DNA of 64,000 nucleotides, from the IMG/VR virus record IMGVR_UViG_3300027833_000015, positions 32,001 to 96,000 of that record, one strand, 5' to 3'. Below, piece after piece: positions 58,817 through 64,000 of the stretch. This stretch comes from a virus. Position numbers and translations under genes: made by a program. Numbering within the stretch: position 1 is the first letter of the stretch; each line of letters begins with the position of its first letter. Below the pieces are notes generated by a model. The model was given only the letters and a program-made list of their open reading frames with translations. It was not told the DNA's origin and did not search any database.

Positions 58817-59407
58817 TCAAAGCAAATCAAATCGATCGATTTGATCCTGCTTCTTCACAAGGTAATTTGAGTATGTAAAGTTTACAGTCAATTCCATTCC
58901 TGCTGTCTGTGCTTGATTATTTAGGTCTATCTCCGACATAGATATTGGATATGCCTTTATCAACTCCGTTTCGAATACGACAGAACCTGTCTTGTCCTTA
59001 TTCAGTTGGTATATGGTGACACTCTTCGCATAGTTTTCGTGGAACCCTGCCTCGAATGGTGGTGTTGGTGTTACTATACAATCCATCCACTCTTGGAAAT
59101 ATGTGCGAGCAGAATAGTCATTAGTCATATAGAAGGTTAGGTTGACCTCTTGGAAGTTGAATCCGTTGGCGACCTTGATCTGTTCCATACCGATCACCCT
59201 CTCCGCTGTGGTGATATTCTTTCCAGGAATTTTAGCAGCAGTACAAAGGTCACTCAGGTCTCGTCTGTCGACCAAATCATTTGCTGTGCCGCCAGCAGGT
59301 TTTACTGTACCCGAAAGTGTAGGGAGCAGTATTTTATATCGGTTTGACGATGCAAGTCCACCACTGGCGTCTATAACTCCCCTCAGTCTGTCTGTACTAA
59401 ATCTCAT
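58817..59407 (-). CDS. Tail-tube-like baseplate protein (gp54 / gp19-like)
   Basis: GGLASSNRY, IPGK, VNLTFY, FQEWMD, AYPISMSEIDL. Confidence 0.75.
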   Translation of the reverse strand: MRFSTDRLRGVIDASGGLASSNRYKILLPTLSGTVKPAGGTANDLVDRRDLSDLCTAAKIPGKNITTAERVIGMEQIKVANGFNFQEVNLTFYMTNDYSARTYFQEWMDCIVTPTPPFEAGFHENYAKSVTIYQLNKDKTGSVVFETELIKAYPISMSEIDLNNQAQTAGMELTVNFTYSNYLVKKQDQIDRFDLL

Positions 59408-60009
59408 ATTGGTTTCCTTGCCATTATCCTGCTCTCTTTATGCACTTTGCTTTCAGTTGCCTTCCTAAAGTATGCTGTTGGGAGATGCACTGCAACTTCC
59501 CATTCATTGGCAGGTACATTAGCAACCCTTCCTATCATATTCGAATACCGATACCGTTTGATGCAGGGTCTGTGTGCCTTCAGAAACGTCTTGCCTTGCA
59601 GATAGTCATAGTTGATCTTGAGTCTTGTCTTTGGTCCAAAATTATCTAACTGCGTAGTCGCTCGAGGTAGAAGGTTGTAGTACAACCGTTGCCTCAAGTC
59701 TATCGGGAGATAGTGCAGGTTGAGTCCAAGAAACCCTTCCTTGTATAATTCCAACATTATAACCAGAGGGAACCTGTCGTAGTATCTCAATGTCATTATG
59801 TTCTTCGGTTTATAGAAGAACATGTACATCCTACCGATGAAGTAAGTTGCCGCCACTGGCATCTGCGTCTTTATCTTGTTTCGGTTGACGTCCAGACCAT
59901 TTATCTCATCCATCTTATCAAAGAACCAATCACGGGATGCCTTTGTGTTAGCATCCAGACCTTCTGCTTCGAGTTGTTGCTTGTATATTTCGAATTGGTT
60001 CTCATCCAT
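59404..60009 (-). CDS. gp2: DNA end protector protein gp2
   Basis: GRMYMFFYKPK, YYDRFPLV, GFLGLNLHYLP, CIKRY, LPTAYF. Confidence 0.93.
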   Translation of the reverse strand: MDENQFEIYKQQLEAEGLDANTKASRDWFFDKMDEINGLDVNRNKIKTQMPVAATYFIGRMYMFFYKPKNIMTLRYYDRFPLVIMLELYKEGFLGLNLHYLPIDLRQRLYYNLLPRATTQLDNFGPKTRLKINYDYLQGKTFLKAHRPCIKRYRYSNMIGRVANVPANEWEVAVHLPTAYFRKATESKVHKESRIMARKPI

Positions 60010-60015
60010 ACTGTT

Positions 60016-60023
60016 TATTTATA
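60016..60023 (-). promoter_or_regulatory. T4 late promoter TATAAATA
   Basis: Exact consensus, 6 nt upstream of the gp2 ATG. Confidence 0.8.
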
Positions 60024-60050
60024 TAGATCGGAAGACTGTTTTTGAGGAAT

Positions 60051-60075
60051 AAAAAAAGCACCCCGCAGGGTGCTT
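60051..60075 (-). terminator. Rho-independent terminator after gp32
   Basis: GCACCC-tgcg-GGGTGC followed by T7 on the minus strand. Confidence 0.9.
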
Positions 60076-60098
60076 GCATAATCGAACAGATCTAGATG

Positions 60099-61013
60099 TT
60101 AGTCAGCGTTGGCCAACTTCTGGAAGTATGAGAAAGCATCCTCATCACCACCGTCGCCTGCTTCTTCAGCAGTGGCAGCAGCACTTACAGCAACCTCTGG
60201 TTCACGAGCAGTCGGGGCAGAAGGTGCCTCTTCAACTTTATCGATAGCAACGTCACCAGCAATTGTGGTTGGTGCAGTCTGTCCTAACACTTCAAACAGT
60301 TTAGTCTGTAGTGCGTCGAAAGACTTGTAGTTTGCTGGATCGATATACTGGTTGATATCGTGCAGACCATTCATAGTGGTTTGCAGTTCAGTTTCATTAC
60401 CACCGTGGAGTTCAGATGCTGCCTTGAACTCAGAACGATCGTAGTTGCGGTATCCCTCAACCTGACGGATCTTCAACTGGAAGTCAGCACCGTTCCAAAG
60501 ATCGAAAGGATCTACAGGAGTTTCTCCTGGGAACTGAGGTGACATCATGTCTTGGATCTTATCAAAGATCTTCTTACCGAACTGATACATGAAGACTTTG
60601 CCTTCGTTCTCAGGGGCAGATGGATCTGATACAACAAGGATGTTGCAGACGTAGTGAAGTCGACGCTTCTGTTTACGAACAGTCTCGCGGTCTTCCTCGT
60701 TGCCAGAGTTCCACAGTTTGGTGTTGTACTCGCCAAGAGGGTCTTGGTTGCCGAGGGAAGTCAGTGACTTCTCGATGTACCACTTACCAGTTGGTCCTTT
60801 GAAACCGTGGTCCCAGTATCGTACCCAAGGCACTTCGTTTTCAGAAGGGAGGAATCGGATGACAGCATAACCATTCTGCGCTTTGTCTACAGTTGGTTTC
60901 CAGATGTCTGGGTTGTCTTTGCGATCGGTTTTATCACCGCCACCTGCTTCTTGTGCAGCAGAGACGAGTTTGTTGATGTCATAACGACGTGATTTTAATT
61001 TACTAATATCCAT
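60099..61013 (-). CDS. gp32: Single-stranded DNA-binding protein gp32
   Basis: NGYAVIRFLP, HGFKGPTGKWYIEKSLTS, ENEGKVF, FGKKIFDKI, YRNYDRSEF, acidic tail ending YFQKLA. Confidence 0.97.
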   Translation of the reverse strand: MDISKLKSRRYDINKLVSAAQEAGGGDKTDRKDNPDIWKPTVDKAQNGYAVIRFLPSENEVPWVRYWDHGFKGPTGKWYIEKSLTSLGNQDPLGEYNTKLWNSGNEEDRETVRKQKRRLHYVCNILVVSDPSAPENEGKVFMYQFGKKIFDKIQDMMSPQFPGETPVDPFDLWNGADFQLKIRQVEGYRNYDRSEFKAASELHGGNETELQTTMNGLHDINQYIDPANYKSFDALQTKLFEVLGQTAPTTIAGDVAIDKVEEAPSAPTAREPEVAVSAAATAEEAGDGGDEDAFSYFQKLANAD

Positions 61014-61099
61014 ATTGGATCCTTATATTGCTGAAGTATGATTGTATTCGCCCGACAGTATTAGTCGAACATGCTTGGCAGTATGCGCCAAGAGTATCT

Positions 61100-61128
61100 A
61101 TAATAACCGAACGGGATTGATATGTCAA
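61100..61128 (-). promoter_or_regulatory. sigma70 promoter for gp32
   Basis: TTGACA-N17-TATTAT. Confidence 0.8.
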
Positions 61129-61138
61129 CAGATGATTA

Positions 61139-61384
61139 TTATTCAAATGGCAACTCTGCTGATTTCTCTAAAAAGTTTAGACTCATCGCTTCTGCTTCCA
61201 ACTTTGCCTTGATGACAGTTGATACATACTTGCGAGCATCTTCCACTTCGATCTTATTTTCTTCACAGCAATGAATGACCGCATCGATGTACGACAGTCG
61301 GTGTTCTTGAACTGCTACTTCAACAAGTTTGCTGAACTTTGACTTGGTCAAGAACTCAAGAGCAGGATTGACTTCTTCAGTCAT
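61139..61384 (-). CDS. gp33: Late transcription co-activator gp33
   Basis: FLTKSKFSKLVE, SYIDAVIHCCEENKIEVE, KLEAEAMSLNFL. Confidence 0.88.
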   Translation of the reverse strand: MTEEVNPALEFLTKSKFSKLVEVAVQEHRLSYIDAVIHCCEENKIEVEDARKYVSTVIKAKLEAEAMSLNFLEKSAELPFE

Positions 61385-61553
61385 CTGCTTCTCCGTCTTT
61401 CTGCTCGGGTGCAACCGTAATGACCTGTGAATCTTTTTGCAGATCTTGAATCATTTTCGATACTTGACCGTATGGTTGCGACATAAGATAGTCGACTATA
61501 CTGTTGAACATTGGGCGGGATAAACCAACCAGTGTGTTTTCTTCGCTTTCCAT
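61377..61553 (-). CDS. 58-aa hypothetical protein, not in the ORF track
   Basis: MESEENTLVGLSRPMFNSIVDYLMSQPYGQVSKMI...; SD AGGAG. Confidence 0.7.
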   Translation of the reverse strand: MESEENTLVGLSRPMFNSIVDYLMSQPYGQVSKMIQDLQKDSQVITVAPEQKDGEADD

Positions 61554-61561
61554 ATTATCTC

Positions 61562-62137
61562 CTAATTGTACTCAGCGGCAAGTTCTTCTGTCCAGACTTC
61601 GTCGAGGTCAGGGTAGAACATACCCAGTGTGCGCTTGACAGACCCATCAGGGTTGTACGCATTCACGATTGATATGATGTTCATAGTTCCTTCTCTATTT
61701 GCACCATACTTGTGGTCAAGGTAGATACCGTCCTTGATGTATATTGCGAGGTTCTTTACATATGCCTCTGCGACCTGATACTCACGACGAGCGTTTGTAT
61801 CTTTTGAATCTTTCTGGTCACGCATTGCTCGCAGTTTATCTCGCCAATCTTTGAGTATCACCTTGGTGTTATTATAACTCAGCGGATGTGCGTCATCGAG
61901 AGCAGCAACGTCAGGGTGGCAGTTAGGTGCCTTGCCTGCATTCTTCTTCTCTCGTGCTGCTGCCAACCTTGCAACTGCTGCTGCTTTCTGCTCAGGGGAC
62001 ATCGGTTTACGAGTCCTCTTCACTTTGGTTGGTTTACGAGGAGCAACACCCATTTGTTCGAGCATTGCTACTTGTTTCTCTTCCTTCTTCTTGGCGCGTT
62101 TCTGCGCTGGAGTCAGGAGGTGGTCCATATCACTCAT
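61562..62137 (-). CDS. Hypothetical protein with a basic N-terminus
   Basis: RKPMSPEQKAAAVARLAAAR, YVKNLAIYIKDGIYLD, GSVKRTLG; TAATG coupling gives the start at 62137. Confidence 0.75.
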   Translation of the reverse strand: MSDMDHLLTPAQKRAKKKEEKQVAMLEQMGVAPRKPTKVKRTRKPMSPEQKAAAVARLAAAREKKNAGKAPNCHPDVAALDDAHPLSYNNTKVILKDWRDKLRAMRDQKDSKDTNARREYQVAEAYVKNLAIYIKDGIYLDHKYGANREGTMNIISIVNAYNPDGSVKRTLGMFYPDLDEVWTEELAAEYN

Positions 62138-62406
62138 TATGATTTCCCGTTGTATTCGGTCAATGTGCTCAGGTTGAAAGACCTCCAACCAGCAGCATCA
62201 ATATCCCAGCAGACAACAAGGTCATCGGAGTTTGAAGGTGGGTTGGGAGAAGTCTCTTTGTGCTGGAGAGGAGAGATGAATGTGTTTAACAATGTCCCGT
62301 TCATCTCACGGAGTTCACCGTTCTTCTTTTCAAATTTAAAATTGACTGGACCCAGTTTCATTTGGGCAATGACAGTTTCTTTCTTTGGTATAAGTTGTTT
62401 CTTCAT
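62137..62406 (-). CDS. SH3-beta-barrel / WYL_2-like protein
   Basis: FKFEKKNGELREMNGTL...VCWDIDAAGWRSF. Confidence 0.75.
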   Translation of the reverse strand: MKKQLIPKKETVIAQMKLGPVNFKFEKKNGELREMNGTLLNTFISPLQHKETSPNPPSNSDDLVVCWDIDAAGWRSFNLSTLTEYNGKS

Positions 62407-62561
62407 GATACGTCCTTCGTCTCAATGTTCCATTTACGATCAGGATACTCGCGCTCGAGTCTCTCGACCATCTCTAAGGCAGCAGAGTATGTACTCGCTT
62501 GCCTTTTGTACGGGGACTCTTCTTGTCCTTCGTAGGTGATCAGTATTACTTCAGTTGCCAT
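62403..62561 (-). CDS. 52-aa hypothetical protein, not in the ORF track
   Basis: MATEVILITYEGQEESPYKRQ...; SD GAGG; ATGA overlap with the next gene. Confidence 0.65.
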   Translation of the reverse strand: MATEVILITYEGQEESPYKRQASTYSAALEMVERLEREYPDRKWNIETKDVS

Positions 62562-62584
62562 GTTATTCCTCGAGTGCAGACTCT

Positions 62585-62613
62585 ATTATCGTTCAAACGG
62601 ATTCAGATGTCAA
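62585..62613 (-). promoter_or_regulatory. sigma70 promoter
   Basis: TTGACA-N17-GATAAT. Confidence 0.75.
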
Positions 62614-62826
62614 GCGACTGCGTGGAGTGATCGGCATGCTCCTCAAACGATACTCCCCGACGCTTGTTGCAAATATAGCATTGTCTTCATCAGTCCACTC
62701 TATTTTTACCTTCTCGGTGAGAGAGACTTCTGAGTGATTGAAGAGAAACTCTTCCTTCGCCTGTTGTAATGTGGCAAACCAAATGCTGTCATCGGGACTG
62801 TCGACAAAATACACTTTATCTCTCAT
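62593..62826 (-). CDS. Small early hypothetical protein
   Basis: 77 aa; SD GGAGG. Confidence 0.7.
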   Translation of the reverse strand: MRDKVYFVDSPDDSIWFATLQQAKEEFLFNHSEVSLTEKVKIEWTDEDNAIFATSVGEYRLRSMPITPRSRLTSESV

Positions 62827-62829
62827 GGT

Positions 62830-63078
62830 CTATGCCTCCAGTGTTTTCTCTGACATATAGAAACCACCATTGCGAAAACGGAAGTATGCTGATTTCACGT
62901 GCTGATCGTTTTTATCCAGTGTGAGTTGCATCTCTCCAAGATGTTCCGTACCCAACTCTGCCATGTGGGCATACCTGCGATGCAGTTCACGCATTGCACC
63001 CTCAAGGGTGGCGTGTATGGTTTGAAGGTAATCGCCTTCATAATCAACATTTTCTTCTATAACAAATACAGTGTTCAT
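62830..63078 (-). CDS. Small early hypothetical protein
   Basis: 82 aa; tightly packed in the operon. Confidence 0.7.
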   Translation of the reverse strand: MNTVFVIEENVDYEGDYLQTIHATLEGAMRELHRRYAHMAELGTEHLGEMQLTLDKNDQHVKSAYFRFRNGGFYMSEKTLEA

Positions 63079-63080
63079 TT

Positions 63081-63335
63081 CTATCTTCCTTGCTTTGAAA
63101 GTTGTTCAACGTCTGACTCGTCTTCGGCAAAAATGCTTTCGAGTTTCCTTTGTGCGTCCTCGGCAGCAGCACGCTCTATCTGGAGTTTCCTTTGTGCTTG
63201 CTTCTGCATAGACTCGATGATACGCTGCTGGTCATCGCAAAGTTCGCGCAGTGCTTCGAGTTCTTGACGTGCCTGTTTCTTGGCATCGTCTGCGCCTTGG
63301 AGGTATGCTTGACTCATTTTATCTGCTACTGACAT
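63081..63335 (-). CDS. Small early coiled-coil protein
   Basis: 84 aa; follows a promoter cassette and SD AGGA. Confidence 0.7.
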   Translation of the reverse strand: MSVADKMSQAYLQGADDAKKQARQELEALRELCDDQQRIIESMQKQAQRKLQIERAAAEDAQRKLESIFAEDESDVEQLSKQGR

Positions 63336-63351
63336 AATCTCTTCCTTTTGG

Positions 63352-63433
63352 TTTCTCTCTCAACTTGCAACCATTATACCGCGATGAGGGTACAAAGGCA
63401 AAGTCTAAAAAAGTGAATAGAATCAACAACTTA
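63352..63433 (-). promoter_or_regulatory. Early promoter cassette, copy 1 (IHF-like box plus sigma70 promoter)
   Basis: TTGCCT-N17-TATAAT (63401-63373); AATCAACAACTTA at 63421-63433; near-identical to copy 2. Confidence 0.85.
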
Positions 63434-63655
63434 GACAACAACCCTGAACCATGGTTGGTTACGGTTGCGAGCAGTATTGACCGCCACGAACCCCAGATCA
63501 GCGAAGTCGTACAATTCGTCTTTGATCTTCTGGAGATTTTCGCTGGTGGTATCGATGTTCGCCAACACTGCGATGCTATGTGCATTCAAAGACGAGTTGG
63601 ACTCGCTCAGTGCTTTCAGGATACCATATGCTGTTACTTCGTTTTTCATACTCAC
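63431..63655 (-). CDS. Small winged-helix protein, Z-alpha-like
   Basis: ILKALSE...AHSIA...KIKDELYDFADLGFV...QPWFRV; SD GAGGA. Confidence 0.6.
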   Translation of the reverse strand: MSMKNEVTAYGILKALSESNSSLNAHSIAVLANIDTTSENLQKIKDELYDFADLGFVAVNTARNRNQPWFRVVV

Positions 63656-63665
63656 TTCCTCTTGT

Positions 63666-63746
63666 GTTCTCTCTCAACTGCAACCATTATAGCGCGATGA
63701 GGGTACAAAGACAAAGTCTGAAAAACTGAATAGAATCAACAACTTA
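63666..63746 (-). promoter_or_regulatory. Early promoter cassette, copy 2
   Basis: TTGTCT-N17-TATAAT (63714-63686); AATCAACAACTTA at 63734-63746. Confidence 0.85.
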
Positions 63747-64000
63747 CGTTGATGTGACGAATTCCACATTGGAGGGTGTGGGTATTTTGGTGTTGGGGTG
63801 CTTGTGATATAGGACGAATTTGGTGTCCTTGAACTCATTGAATATCCCCGTCCAGATCGGACGCCAGATATCAAGCAGTCTGTGGTTGTTGATACCACTA
63901 CGGTCACTGTTCAGGACAACGTCCGTGTACGAGCGCATGTTGTGGTCAAAGATCGAGTCGAATCCATACATGTGGATCTCGTCGGGTTGATGCCGTGTGG
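63744..64000 (-). CDS. C-terminal part of a hypothetical protein (start outside the window); possible GT29/MptE-like fold
   Basis: Frame is open to the window edge; PDEIHMYGFDS resembles the IxLxGFD strand of such folds. Confidence 0.5.
   Translation of the reverse strand, partial: TRHQPDEIHMYGFDSIFDHNMRSYTDVVLNSDRSGINNHRLLDIWRPIWTGIFNEFKDTKFVLYHKHPNTKIPTPSNVEFVTST

Noticed and set aside
63352-63746. Repeats as integron attC or prophage att sites
   Set aside because: No attC-like palindrome and no integrase; the repeats contain clear -35/-10 promoter elements.
1-64000. tRNA genes, introns/inteins, alternative genetic code
   Set aside because: No cloverleaf seen in the short intergenic gaps; core genes are uninterrupted and of normal length; TAA, TAG and TGA all terminate conserved genes at the expected positions.

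Overview
A 64-kb segment of a T4-like myophage genome, probably marine and infecting a proteobacterium (inferred from sigma70 promoters, IHF-like boxes and gene content). Almost every gene is on the minus strand. The left part carries gp46/47, the late sigma factor gp55, uvsW/uvsY, gp3, the head module (gp23-22-21-67-20), tail tube and sheath (gp19/18), terminase (gp17/16) and neck (gp15/14/13). About 12 kb of fibre and accessory genes follow, then the baseplate module (VrlC-like, gp8, gp7, gp6, gp25, split gp5, gp27-like, gp53, gp48), gp4 on the plus strand, a gp29-like tape measure, gp51/gp26, gp54-like, gp2, gp32, gp33 and small early genes behind repeated promoter cassettes. No tRNA, CRISPR array, intron or mobile element was seen. 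Main observations: (1) a probable programmed -1 frameshift (T TTT TTC) fusing gp26 to gp51 just upstream of the tape measure gene; (2) a candidate virion post-translational modification system made of two paralogous [FY]xGxR-repeat proteins, a possible chaperone, a glycosyltransferase and a 2OG-Fe(II) oxygenase, together with enrichment of D-S-[D/A] tripeptides in virion proteins; (3) gp7 fused to an oligogalacturonate-lyase-like propeller; (4) a fragmented gp5 locus with two apparently dead hydrolase domains and one intact amidase; (5) an ATT start for gp47, leaderless late mRNAs, a structured gp32 leader and IHF-box early promoters. All family assignments come from recognising motifs by eye; no database searches were run.
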